A DNA stretch of 64,000 nucleotides from the human T2T-CHM13v2.0 reference genome, Homo sapiens: NCBI RefSeq assembly GCF_009914755.1, contig NC_060942.1. One strand, given 5' to 3'. Positions 45,641-60,604 of the stretch are shown piece by piece. Positions within the stretch are counted from its first letter, which is position 1; every line of letters begins with the position of its first letter. A program made the translations under genes and the position numbers. Under the pieces are notes generated by a model. It ran no database searches and had not been told where the DNA came from. It worked only from the letters and a program-made list of their open reading frames with translations.

Positions 45641-48139
45641 AAAAACAGTATAGACTACTTTGCATTAAATATACATTGATTACTAGCCAGCTAGCTATGG
45701 ATATCCAAACGATGTTAAAGGTCAAAATTAACTCACCAGAATGATTATAGAAACAGAGAGAAAATTCTGTACTTAATACTCTTTCATTTTACAACTATAT
45801 CAATATACAAATTAATTCATTTTATTCAGATATTTATATAGTTTAAAATATAACAAACAACTAATATAATAAAAGGGAAAAGTAAACTAGTAAAGAGTGA
45901 TACAAGAGGAAAATACTAACAAATATTCCTGCAAATAAAAGTTATAGTAATTGCTACAAATTTATTCTGAACTTTCCAGCAATGAGGTAAAGGAGGAATA
46001 TTCTATGTCATATGTAGCTCTCATTTTATGATAAAAAGGAACACTTTTCTTTTCTTCAGCTTTTCATGGGCTTCAACTCAGAACAATTTGAAAAGAACAA
46101 ACTTAATATGAAGGCTTTATTTAGCATAACAAATAATACTCCCATAGTAGTCTTACCAAAAACAAATGTGTTCTTGATGTAGTACTTGTCCCTTAACCAA
46201 CGAAAGCCAGAGATGTGGTTAAACTATCTTTATGAAGGTAATTTTGGAGTCCTTGTGTGGAATGAATGGGATGGGACAAGAAGAGGGTAAAGTGACTTAT
46301 GATTTGCATCTTTATAAAGATGACCTAATTTAATAGAGGGCTAGAAATTTAATGGAGAAATTGATGAAAAACAATGATTCCTTAATTTCTTGACAGCTTG
46401 AAGCTGGAATACTAGAAAGACTATTGGATAGCAGAATCAGCGTCCATAGAAATCTGTACATATGTGCTGAATATAATAATGTAAAGTTTAACCATTCTAA
46501 TGTTAATGCTTAAAGATTTGAGCCAGTATCCAGCTACACAATTCTAGGAATAGTTAGAGGTCTTGGTACAGGGATATATAACAATGGGCTAAAAAGTACA
46601 TATTATAAAAATAGTTTAAAATGCTAAATGTAAGTTAAAAATATTATGAAGCATCCCCAAAATAATAAATCAACATAGGGTGGGATTAACATTTATATAA
46701 CATTTTAAAAGATAATTATAATCCCACTTTATTATTTATCAGAATTTAATTTGTATACTTTACATAATCTTGAGCCCTAAATTTTAAGGCTGGAACTTAA
46801 TCCAATGATGTATGCTGGAAGAAATTGAATTCACGGCCTGGGAGATTTTATTAAATAAATCAGCAAAGTTTAGCTTAGTATAAGGAAGACTTTGGGCGTA
46901 TTGTGGTATAAAGATTAGCTTGCTTCATACAGTTGACAATGGTTCACTTATTCTGTGTGACCACAAGAAGCCTGATAGGGAAAATATACAAAGAGACTTA
47001 TTTTAGCTCTGTGTAATTAAACTGTTCAAATATATAACTATCAGATGGGCTGCATTTGGAAGCAGAAATTCTTTCTCACTTGAGTATATGTGGAAGGGGT
47101 CAATGTGTCAAAAAGTAATAAGGCTAGAAAACCATTCAGATCTAAACCAATCTTATTTATAGTCTTTTCATCAAATACAGATTAACTTAATCATTTTTTA
47201 AAAAAGAAAAAAACAACATTTGCAGGAAGAAAATTAAATCTCTGCAATCTTCAAAAAAAAGTTGAAGATGTTTTATGAGAAATGTATAGGCCTTCAACCT
47301 CCCAAGGGGGAGAAAATTTTAATTTCTACCACCAACCTCTGTTATTTTATTATAAAGAGCAGGATATGTATGCACAGATATGCATTAGCAATGTCAAGGT
47401 CCTTCTTTAAACTATGCAGTTCCTAAAATAATTTTGGTTTGCTCCTGATGAAATATCCCAATGTGAGTAAAGAAAGATGATCATTATAGCATCATTTTTT
47501 TGGACAGTACATATTTCGCTACCCCTGCCTCGATCACCTGGCAATACTGTTCTTTCGTTTCTCTCCCAGCAAACCTGGCTTTCTGTAGGGCAACTGTTGG
47601 GTAGTACAATAGCTGATCTCAGCTCTCAGAGGGTTCATGCTGAGCAGCTGGTTGGATTTTGCTTTAAACTTGTTTGCACAGAGCTGCTGTGTACAGCTGT
47701 TTACCCCATCAAGTTTATCTCCCAAACACAGCACAATATAATTTATTTTTATAGGGAATTCTTCATAATAGTGGATTGCAAATGGCTTCTTAGGGAGAGT
47801 CAATCATAGAATAAAGAGGAACAGAAGGATTGAAGGGGAGTTGTAAAGTGAGAAAGTGACACATGAGAAGTGAATATTCCAGGGAAAGTGAGAATTCCAG
47901 CAGGCAAGAAAAAAGACTGTGGGTTAAAAAAAAATGGGAAAGGTGATGAATGTTGGTAGGAGAGTGAGTCAAGGTGGCAGGAACCCAGGCATCAGAGGGA
48001 AAGTAATGAGAAGCACCTGTGAAACGTTCTCAGCTAGCTATTTTTACTGGTTTACCTGAAGGCTGCATTGACAAACACCAAGTGGAGAATAAAGACTCAT
48101 TTATAGGTTATTGACATATTTTGTTTACCAAATGTCTTT

Positions 48140-48322
48140 TGATCATGTAAGTTTGGGAAACATTGACCTAAAGATCACCTGGAATACTCATTAAATATAT
48201 AGATACTGGCTCTCATCCCAAACCTACAGTAATGAAATTTCAAAGGAAGGAAGAGACCTAGAAATCCAGATTTTGAACAATCACTCTGATTCTTATGACC
48301 AGTGTAGTTTAAGAAACAGCGA
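48140..48322. mobile_element. MER5-type hAT-Charlie
   Basis: atcacctgga..cattaaatatatagat..tgattcttatgaccagtgtagtttaagaaacagc. Confidence 0.65.
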
Positions 48323-48334
48323 TTGAGGAACACA

Positions 48335-49526
<1,192 letters not shown>

Positions 49527-51259
49527 TTGGGAATCGCATTGACTAAGGCAAATTATAATGTCTACTACTGGTCAATTCTAAAATTTGATGAATGATGAGT
49601 CCCAGGCTTGCTAGGTGATGTGATTTTTTTGCAGCATGGAAAGAATGAGAATTATACTCTTAACTCTACTTCAGTGAATTGTCCTCCTACCTATCTTAGT
49701 AATTCTACGTGTTCCATCAATGTTTTCAGTAGTGCACTGTCAGGTCTGAGTTTTCCTGATGCCTACTCTGTTTTCCAGTTACAAATTTGTTGATACAGTA
49801 TAGAGTATTGATAATAGAGATTCCTGAATCCCATGGCAGCTAAACTAAGTAACAAGCTTAGACAGATTTAACACATGATTGTGAGTTTATCAAAGCTTTG
49901 GATGAGCAGACATTATGAGAATTTTACTCAGAGAAGGCAGAATCAATCATCCTCTGCTTTGCTTCCATTATTGACAACAGGGAGAAAGAATAATCTTCAC
50001 ACTCAAAAGGATAGGATGGATTTGACTAAGAGGAAGTCGAAGCCTCAGAAACACTGGAAGACAGTCATTAATTATGGCTTTAAATAGTTTCAAAGTTCCA
50101 AGATCAGGTGGATTACAACATAGAGAAACAGGGAAATCTGTCAATTGTTAACATAATCTAGATTAGCAATCTTGAAAAAAGTCATGGAGAATTGCAATGT
50201 GGCTGAAAAGCAGAAATGGGAACATATTCTATTAAATAGAATTTTTCCAGAGCTTAGCATTTCTTATTTTGCCCACTGATAGTTCTGAAAAATATTAACT
50301 TGGAAGCATAAGGAGAGTATCAAAAGACTTAGAAAAAGATGATTATTATAAGGAACCACTTGGCTTTTCTGTGAAGATACTGCAATCTTCAACAGGCATT
50401 TGTGACTTCCTTGGAGAAGATGGAGTTAAAGCAAGCCGTGAAAGAGTGTGATGGGTCAAAGCAGATCCACAGGTATTTTATCTCCCTTTTAAAGATGACC
50501 AAAAACTAAAAGTTTGTATTCTAATAGATTTGATTTTTTAAAATATCACCCTGTTTTCTGTCTGTACAGAATTTAAGGTAATAAAGGTAAATTTCTTTTA
50601 AAATCTTATAATTTTATTAATACAGAATTTATTCTCCCTTAATTGTTTAGTTAAACTACAAATTTCAAAGCAATACTTAGGGAAGTCTTTTTTTTTCTTA
50701 TCTATCTCACATTTTAACTTCAGATTTCAGAATAATCATAAAGCACAGGCAGTTAGTGAAGCAGCTGTCCCATGTAACAGCATTGTTGTGTCTTCTTTAT
50801 GATATTTTAAAACATTTTTATTTATTTTTCTCCTGAAATATGTGATGCTTGTTCAGAGGGAAGATGATATTTGAAAGTATTCATGCCATTGTTTTTAAAG
50901 AATGTTTCCTGAACAATATGTACTCTGATGGGTTATAGGGAATTAAATTATAAATTTATTTTGACTGGGTTTTGTCATAAAAATAAAGAAAAGTGTAAAA
51001 TGTATGGATGCAGTTCCACAGGTAGAAAAAGGTTAGCCTTACATCATGTATTTGATCTTTATTACAAATTTACCATATGTTTGTTTCATATGCATTCTTT
51101 TTCCTTATTGTGGGTGTACATAGATGTGAACATAGGTATGTGTTGGGGAGTAAGTGAGACTGAAAAATAGATATATTAATATTCAGCTTCTCAATATCAG
51201 CTAGGTTATCTTCAAAACAATTAGGTGGCTATTATATTAATTGGGTGAATAACATTAAT

Positions 51260-51289
51260 TGCTTTGTTCTTTTTTTTAACAGGTAAGAG
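51260..51289 (+). other. Juxtaposed 3'/5' splice motif (polyY-AACAG|GTAAGA)
   Basis: ttgctttgttcttttttttaacag|gtaaga, AG at 51281-82; function not shown. Confidence 0.3.
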
Positions 51290-51501
51290 TAGCTGTAGTA
51301 TTTCTGGCCCTATTATTGCATGAAAATTTGTGAAGGATTAGATGATCACATGTGTTAAGTTTAACTATTTAAGGATTCCATTAATAAGGAATACATAAAA
51401 GCATACTTGGAATATGGAGGAAAAAATGAAGAAAAAAACAGTATGAACTCAGTATCTAAAATCAAATGTTTCTATTCTTTAATGTATTAGAATTAGAAAA
51501 G

Positions 51502-51552
51502 TTGCCCTTACTTTCAATGGCAAAAACCACAATTACTTTTTCACCACCCTAA
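51502..51552. mobile_element. Truncated MADE1 (mariner MITE)
   Basis: ttactttcaatggcaaaaaccacaattactttttcaccaccctaa followed by TA. Confidence 0.85.
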
Positions 51553-53371
51553 TATTTTCTTCTACTCTTTCTGACTAAATATAAGGCTAATCAGTTTATA
51601 TAATAAATGCTGATTTGTCATCTTCTTATTTCTTTATTTCATTTGTTCATCATATTTTCTATTAAAAATAGCTTTAGGAGATTTAGACTTTCTATGCAGA
51701 AATGTTGGACAAGGATATCTGGGAACCAATTGTACTTTCTCTCCTTTGCTGGGAGGTGGTCTTGCTGGGGCTGAGTTTAGTTCAACACTACCAGGACTCT
51801 GTGTTATAAGCATTACCCTAAACAGAATACATAGAAGACCTACGTAAACTCCTCTGGAATTGTAACAGAAGTTGAGGTACACCAAGTCAGTGGCAAAGCA
51901 AGAACTTAATTTCTTCATTGTCATCAGCAGGACCTGGGTGGAGCATGTCTTTGGCAGTTACTTTCCCTGTAAGGGATCCAACGTGCAAACTGCAATAAGC
52001 CAGGCTGTACCTGCTCCTTTTCTGTGCCATCATCTCTGTTTCCCTAAGTTCTGCTTCCTTGGATAAATAAATTACATCTTTGTAGCAGGCATGGACTCTT
52101 TTCTTATCTCTGCAACCCATCTGCAATGCTGCACAGTGTACCATGAACATGGTTTCATGAATGTACTTATATGTTTGCCTTGTTGTACAGATGCATACTG
52201 TTGATAGACATTCAGGTAATTTTTAGCTTCTCTATTACAAATAACTGTGTGAACCCTTCTTGTACATATATTTTTGTGGCTGCATGATAAATTCCTAAAG
52301 TACAGTTGCTTATATGTTTGCAACTCATTTAAAATTTGAAATTAAGTATGTTCATTTTAAATCTTGATAAAGACCATATATTTGATTTGTACACCATCTT
52401 GAAACCATGCAGTTAACAAAATCTTTAAAATAAGACTGTCCTCTGTATTGTATTATTTGAGTGGTATATAAGTAACGAATTCACATTTAATAAAAATTAT
52501 ATGAACAAGCTAAATTCTTCCACATCATTATCAAATATTCACATTAAAGTCCACCATTTATTTGCATTTTAAGTATATGTTTGACACATCTCTAAGACCA
52601 ATTAGTCAGCTGGCATCTTTGGTTAATGTTGATTTTAGCTAAAATGTGAAATTTCCCCATAACAGCACATAGCCACATAAACAGAAAAACATGTTTAGCA
52701 CCATGCAAATTAATGCAAGGTCATAGGCAAGACCTACAAAATAATTAAACCAGGTTAAGGGAGTCATGCTTTGGGAGACTAAGAATTTTAATTAAAACTG
52801 TTATTGAGTTCAATAACAGTTCCGTCTGTAATTAGTGAGTAATATCTTTCTGCATTAATCAACGTCACCAAAAACTGCCTAAATTAACACTTTGCTTTTC
52901 CTATATTGCTTCAGGTTTGTGGGGTTAGAGGGGAGTAAGTTATATAAAAAAGTAATTAAGATTAGGAGGACATGTTTTAAAATCTTGTTTTTCTACCTGA
53001 TTTAATCTTGGGTACCATACTTGACAGCAATGAATGAACATATATTTATTGAACACTTACTACAAGAGAGTCATAGTTGAAACTATAAAGAAGATCTCGC
53101 TGCTGCTTAAAAAGAACATGTGATATGTTAGGCACTGAATTAGGTGTTTCATACAAAACCATTGCCTTATATTGTTTTCCACACAGTACAATTTTTACAG
53201 TGGGAAAATCTTTCCCCCAACCTCTGCAGAAGGAATGAGCAATTTGCTTAAGGTCTTACCAGTAAATTACAACGGAGACAATAAAAGTAAAATTGGAGAA
53301 CATGGCTGGGTTTGCAATCATAATGAACTTACCCAATGAGGCATTGGTTTATCCCACCCTGTCTCTGGCAG

Positions 53372-53511
53372 AGGTGGACAGCCAGAATCCTCCCATCCCA
53401 CCTCATGCTTCAGAGCAGACCAGAGCACACCCTCTGAGAGCAAGTGGATCTGAGAACAGATCATTCTCCAGGGTGAATGTACCCAGATGTGTTTAACGTT
53501 TCACCAGACAG
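53372..53511 (+). other. Candidate 140-nt exon
   Basis: Acceptor tttatcccaccctgtctctggcag and consensus donor CAG|GTAAGT (53509-17). Confidence 0.3.
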
Positions 53512-54697
53512 GTAAGTGACACATTCCTTGGAGAATATTGAGTAATAGGTAGGGAAAGGCTAGGAAAATGATTCTCACAGATGCCCCATGGACATTTCAG
53601 GCCAGGAAAATAGAAGTATCCATCTAACAGATTTTGGATTCAAACTCAGTGAATTCTAAAGTCAGTGTTCTTCTGGTGCACTATTCTCTGCCCATAGAAC
53701 CATAGGGTCCCCCGGTGGGAAAGAAATCTGTGTACAGAACTTATGTGAGATCCTTCTGCTACATAAATGCACCAACCTTAGCCCTTTACTTAATCTCCAG
53801 CCTGGAGGTCCAATTTTACAACTGGTAAATCAGATGGTGAGGTGTTCAGGACCAAAGAAATAAGACCCTGGTTACAGGGGTCTGTGTTTCAGAATCCCCT
53901 TACTAACACACTACCCTTGAAGGGTTTTCTCCCAGAGACAGCACAGCTCTTCACTTCACATATTGAATTAGGCCAGGGAACCAAAAACAGTATCCTTGTA
54001 TCCTTCCCTCCCTTTCTCTTACTCTCTTCCTCTGTTCCTCTTCCTTTCTTCCTTCTTTCCTGCCTTTCTTCCAAGAAATATTCATTACATATCTGCTATG
54101 TGCTGGGTGCTGAGGCCTAAACATTTTTAAGTACTGCAGCTCATTCACTATGAAAACCTTTATAGTTTCTCATGAGTCCTTCCATTTCTTTTCTGTCTTC
54201 TCTTCCCAACAATCCTACCTCTGTTATTTCATGAAAACACAGGTTTCTTTCAACAGCTGTTGAATTGCTTGAAATCCTATTAAGATGATTGTAAAAAAGG
54301 ATTAACATCAGCCCATTTCCCTATGTAGAAGATCCATATTAATGCTTCCTATGAGTAAAATGAAACGCCAACCTGAGAAACATTCCAGTAGTTTTATTTG
54401 TTGTTTTTTGGTTTTGTTTTGTTTTCTTTTTATTTGGGCAGGGGAAATCTTGTTTTGTTTTGCTTTTGTCAATAATGTAGTTATGCAGCATTTATGAAGA
54501 CAAATTTTTTAGGACACATTTTAGACATACATATTAGAAAACTTGTAAATTGAGGCATCTTTTTTTCACTGGCACTATCTTCCTGCTTCATTAAGGCTGT
54601 ATTTTCTCCTCTTTGCCCAGGAAAAAAACTGCTCCTATCTCCAAAGGCAAGTTTGAAATTCTGTTAAACTTAAATTGCTCAGTTACTGTAGGATCCA

Positions 54698-54742
54698 GAC
54701 ACACATACACACACACACACAGACAGACACACACACACACAG
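54698..54742. repeat. (CA)n imperfect microsatellite
   Basis: Direct observation. Confidence 0.9.
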
Positions 54743-55230
54743 GCGCACATACAAGAATTTTGGAAAAAAAATGAGAACTAAGTGGTAAAAAGACATAATA
54801 CATAAAAGAGGGAATGAAATTTAAGAAGATGAGAAACAACCTAAGAATAGAAGCAGCAGAGAACAAGGATCCGTTAATGCACAGTCGGCTTTTGAATTGG
54901 GAAGTCTGAAAGAGCAAATCGCTTCTGAAGCAAATACGCACGACAGTACTATAGATTTCAAGATAATTAGGCATGAGAAATGGTAAGTAATATATTCACC
55001 TCCTGCATTTATGTTCTTTTAAGGTACCTAGCATTTTTTTTTTCCAGTGGATGGTTTGAGGTGTCGAAGTCAGCTGAGGCTAAAACTGAAAAGTGTCGTG
55101 GACATTCTTCTAAAATAGTTTTCTGGCAAGCATGGGTCAATTAATTTGACTGCTGCAGTTGGCCCCCTAAGCTGCACTTTATGAGTACTGAATGCAAGCC
55201 GCAGACCTTTTAAAGGGCGCGTCTCTCTCT
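54740..55230 (+). promoter_or_regulatory. Candidate promoter / first exon ending ATG|GTAAGT at 54982
   Basis: Non-repeat DNA with about 11 CpGs in about 480 bp in an otherwise CpG-poor background; strong donor at 54983. Confidence 0.4.
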
Positions 55231-56397
55231 TTCTTTTCATTTAAAGAGTATAGAAGCAAAAAGCACAGAAGGAACAGCTTGGGGATTGGCTTCACTGTCT
55301 ATTAGAGATTGGCTGATGACAGGGAATAGGAAGGCTGGTTTGGTTTTACAGCCTGGGAACCCCACCCACACCACATGCCCTCTTTATACATGGGAGGATA
55401 GGATACAGCATTCCTGCTCCATTTAGGAAATGGTCATTGGGTTTTTTGCCTATTTGCGCCCTGAGGATTTTTATTTCTGCCAAATGTCCCCATATTTGGT
55501 AATCTTCTGAATAAACACTTTGTGACATGCTACAAAATAAATACAATCAATCAATCATGCTTTTATAAAACCTATATTATTGTTAACTGCCTAGCTCTCT
55601 TCCTGAGGCAGCTTCTATATCCTCAACAACGTATTAGGGGCTCTAAAGGATAAAAAAGAAGCATAGAATCTAGTTTCTCAACTTTCACATTAAACAAATT
55701 TACTTATTCGAAACTCTTCATTGAAATTCTACCATTTACTTAATGTTATGCTAGAAGTTGATGAAAAAAACAACAAAAATCAGGCTTGGTCTCCACTCTC
55801 TGGGAGTATGCATACCCATGAGACCAGACATTTGGAAAACAAGTAAACAAACATAATACTGACTTGTCTTAGAAACGAAGAAGAAAATTACTAGGCTGCT
55901 AAGTGGGGAGTAACTAGGACATCTAACCTGGATTGTTGGGAAATGTAAGCGCGTTTAAGGAAGTGCAATTTTAGCTGAGTCCTAAAGGCAAGAGTAGTAG
56001 ACACACAGGTGAAAAATGGGAAGAAAGTGGCCTAGTGAAGAAAGAGCAATTGTGAAAGCTTGGAGCATTTTAAGGAAAATGAAAAGAGCCCATGTGGTTG
56101 AAGCTCTTGAGCGTAGACGCAAACTATACTTCATCTTTTCTTTACTGTTCCAGGAAATGAGTTTATCCAATCTTTTCCTGACTTCCACAGTGAAAGATAT
56201 TAAGAGCTGTGGTCACTTGGAAAAGAGGCCTTTGAGGAAAGTAGGAGAGAAGAGCAAAATCAAGGCTGGCAAGTTTGCCATCTTCATACCATTGCTAAAG
56301 GCAAAATGAAAGGAAGTGGAAATAGCACTAAGATAGGAGCAGGAGGCTTGGTTTGGAATTCTGGGTTTCCAGTTCATTCCTTTAAGATCTGGGACAG

Positions 56398-56693
<296 letters not shown>

Positions 56694-56974
56694 GATCTGG
56701 GACAGGCCACTAACCATGTTAGAATTTTCTTTTTCTTATCAATAAACTGAAGATGATCTCTTACAGGGTAGTTTTGAAGCTTATGATGTAGACTACATGA
56801 CTTTTGAAAGACCTAAAGTGATATGCCAACACAAACATATGGGCTTTCAGGGCTGTTTTCTGAATTTCCAGTATTCAGATTAAATCCCAGTGCATAACTT
56901 AGTCTTTGTATGAAAGCAGCTCTCATAGAAACATCCCTGTGTTCCAGATCTGGTACTGAAACAGAAGGGCTCTT

Positions 56975-57170
56975 ATTGTGTGTGTATGTGTGATGAGTAT
57001 ATAGTGTACATGTCGATTGCATGTGCTATGTGTGCGGTGTGAATGTGGCCTGTGATTTTATGATACGTGGCTTATATGTATATGTTTCTGGTGTGTGTAT
57101 GGTGAGAATGTGTATGTGTATACACACGTGTATATGTGAGTGTGGTATGAGAATATGTGGTGGGTGGTGC
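56975..57170. repeat. Degenerate TG-rich low-complexity tract
   Basis: Direct observation. Confidence 0.75.
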
Positions 57171-59783
57171 TAGGAGATGCACACAGGCTGAAAGTCAGGA
57201 ATCATGGGGAAATATCATCCAACTTCATCCCAATTTGCTGGAGGAATCCCAGAGATAGCACATTGATAAATCCACAGAAATTGTTGCCTTCAAAGTAAGC
57301 CTAAGCCTTTTGCTTTCTAATAGTTGTGTAGGGAACAAACCAGCACAGTCTGGGAAGAGTAAACTGAATCTGGGATGGATTGGAAGATTGAAGCCCAGGC
57401 CAAGAGGAATTTTGAATAGGCGAAATGAGAAAAACTGATATGGGAATTAGTTCTCCCTAAATGCACAGGGACTCGGAAGAACAAAGGCCCCTGGTATCGC
57501 CACTCTGATATTTCTAAGCACACTCAACAGAGTGTTTTGTGCTGTCCAAGCTTGGCTTTGTCAACAACACTTCTAAAAGGCTGAGGCTGTCTGGCCAAGG
57601 ACTATAAAGATGAGGGAGTGAAAAGCCACTGCCAGGAGAGTGCTCTCCGTCATGTGCTGTAGCAAAGTCTCTTCAGGCCAACCTGCCAATCTGGGGCCAC
57701 TGGTATCTGAGGAGAGGAAGGGAAGCCTTTCAGATTACACCTGTTCTGATGCTTGTCAGATGGGGGGAAGCAAGTGTAGTCCTCAGGTTTTCTATAATCT
57801 CCCTATATGCAACTGTGTAGCAATCAGCAAACAATTGTATCCTAGTCCCTATAACCTCTAGATTAGAGGAGAGCAAATTGTGGAAAACTAAGCAAGACAC
57901 AGAGACTTAGGCAGCCTTTCTCAGAATGCTTGTCTTCTGGTTTGTGCAAATGGAAGCAAAGCATCCAGGGGCAGTAGTGACAAGCATGGCCCCACACACT
58001 CTCTGGACATTCACTGCACTGACTGCACCTCTAGGGCACATCAGAGGGGATTTTTAAAGTACAAAACAGCACCCTAAAATTCTGTTCACCATGTTCTGGG
58101 GTACATGCCCCTCTCTGAAAGGAGAAAAGAAAGAAGGAAATGTAGTTCTTCCACATAGAAAATTCGTAGGCTAATAGAGGAAATCAGAGGGCCACTCAGG
58201 AAACAAACTCAGAAAAGGGAGACACCGGATATACTTAGGTATTAAATTCAGTTACAAAGTCTAAGATTTAAACTCCAGAGATGGAGGAAATCTGTGAGAA
58301 CATCTTTATGAATGGGTCTTGAGTTTGGTCCTAAAAATAGATGGATTATGCTAGACATACTGTCTGAGGGTGGGAGAGAAGGGGAGGGAGAGGGATTGCT
58401 TGAGTGGTATAGGGAAATGTGAGTGCTTTTATAATCATTTAGGTTCTATAATTACAGTGCTTAAAACCTATGAGGTTTCTAAGGACCTACAAAAATCATG
58501 TTTGAGATTTAAAACCATGGATATAGGTCCAGAATCCCCCTCAAAAAAAACTTAGATAAATATTTTACGGTATTGATAAAGCATAGTATAACTTCAACTA
58601 ATCAGCTGTACCTTAACACATAAATGTGGTGTTTGATGTGTGTGTTTGGTAGAATGCGTGTTAAGATCCCCAAAAGCACGAGTGCTCAGGAACCAAGAAG
58701 TTCTTAAAGCAACCTTGTTTTAAAAAGAAAAATGGCAGGCGGATACCTAGAGAATATCACTTACATAGATATTGTTTGCTTTATCTAAAAAAAGCAATGA
58801 AGCTTCTAAATTGGGCTCTCCAGAGACCTGGGAATCATAAAACCAAAAGTAGAAGGACTACAGAAATCTTACAAAGATAGAAGGAAGTAACTTAATTCAT
58901 GTTTTGAAGTAAATCAGACTAAGCAGTATTTGGGGATTGTTCATGATCAGTGAAAGAACAGAGTACACACACACACAATGGTTTAGTTGTGTATTATTTG
59001 TGTTAACATCTTGTCTAACAAATGTTTATGCTTTGCAGCTAAAGCTAGATTTTTTGTTTGTTTGTTTTGATTGAAGGAAATGTCAACTAACCACAAATGT
59101 TTGTTATTAACTCTGTGAGTTGATCAAATAGTGGGAATCCAGGGTATTTGGTTTATAATCAGGCACTTCTGTCGACCTGTTGACAACTTACCCGATAGCA
59201 GGCATAATAATTTGGAATGCCGGCCTTACAAACCCAATCTATGAAGTAACATCAATCATTACACATGTTTAAGGAAAAGCCTTAAGAATTAACAAGGGAA
59301 TGTGCCAATAGTTTTCTTTTTACAGCCCCATGTATCAATTGATACAATATAGCTGTTTGTTATGTCATGAATCTTGATTTGCCAAAAACTTGTTTTCTTC
59401 TTCCAAACATCAGAGCTATATACTGTAAAAGGCAGATATGACAGTTATATAACTAAAAGGAGTAAGTTCTTTCACAATGATCAGTATCATAAAGTAGCTA
59501 CACCGTATTAAATCACTACTACCTAGGAATAAATCTTGTATAATGTTTAAGTAAATATACATTCAGTTTATGCCTCTGGATTTATTTACATCAATAATAG
59601 TCTAAATTTTGCAAAAAACAGAACAGATCTTGGCTAACTTATTTAATGCAGTCTGTAGGACACAGGCAGCTGTAAACTGTTATTTTAGTAAATGTTTTGC
59701 TATGAAGATGAGGGTTACAAGCAACAGAATAAATCTTCAGTGGTATATTTAGAATTGAGCTAAAGCCAAGACCAGGAGATATA

Positions 59784-59809
59784 AAGTACTATATATATAT
59801 ATAGTACTT
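59784..59809. repeat. Perfect 26-bp palindrome
   Basis: aagtactatatatatatatagtactt equals its reverse complement. Confidence 0.95.
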
Positions 59810-60469
59810 AATATATATATATTACTTACAAAGACATTGTTTGCTTTATCATACGTATATATATAGAGGGAGTATATATATATTACTCTTCAACTTTAAT
59901 GTGAAGTTTTTCACAGACATTCAGCACTTGTTCTTATGCAAATCCTATATCTTACTGGACATGATGGATACTTTCACCTGAATTTGAAAAATAGTAAACT
60001 GAGTATGAGGGGAGAAATTGTGCCCAAGGTCACAGAGCTCATTTTAGGGCAGGAGTTAGTCTTCCAACTCTCAATCCCGGTTGCTCCTATGATGTTCTCA
60101 TGTCCTAGAGTTCTATGGGGCATTAATTCTCTTTGTTGATATTATGTGTTACAAGGACAAAACAAACAAACAAACAAATTCATGAAGAAAATTTTGTCTT
60201 AAACCTGATGAAGTAGGTTCCTTTACTATAGGATTGCACAGAACCTCTAAGCTTTAATATGATAGAATGTGTTATAAGTTTATAAGAGGGATATAAAAGA
60301 TGTATTATTTTCCAGGCTTATTTAACCAAAGATCCTGTTCTAGGTATTGAAAACAGCAACTTTTGGAAACTTACGTTTCTTCATGAAATCCCTACCAATC
60401 TCAGAAGAAAAGAGCCCTCTACTATTGGCCTTATCATATCTTGTATATTTGATACTATTGTTTATGGAA

Positions 60470-60604
60470 TCTTTATTTTATTTTTTGTAGAAACAGGAGC
60501 TGGCTATGTTGCCCAGGCTGGTCTTGAGCTACTGGGCGCATGTGATTATTTTGCCTCAGCCTCCTAAAGTGCTGGGATTATAAGGACGAGCCATTGCACC
60601 AGTA
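60470..60604 (-). mobile_element. FLAM-type Alu monomer
   Basis: ttttgtagaaacagg..gttgcccaggctggtcttgagc..aaagtgctgggatta; degenerate TSD gatactattgtttatg / gatactatcattgatg. Confidence 0.85.

Noticed and set aside
51502-51552. MADE1 as a miR-548-type precursor
   Set aside because: One TIR is mostly missing, so the long hairpin cannot form
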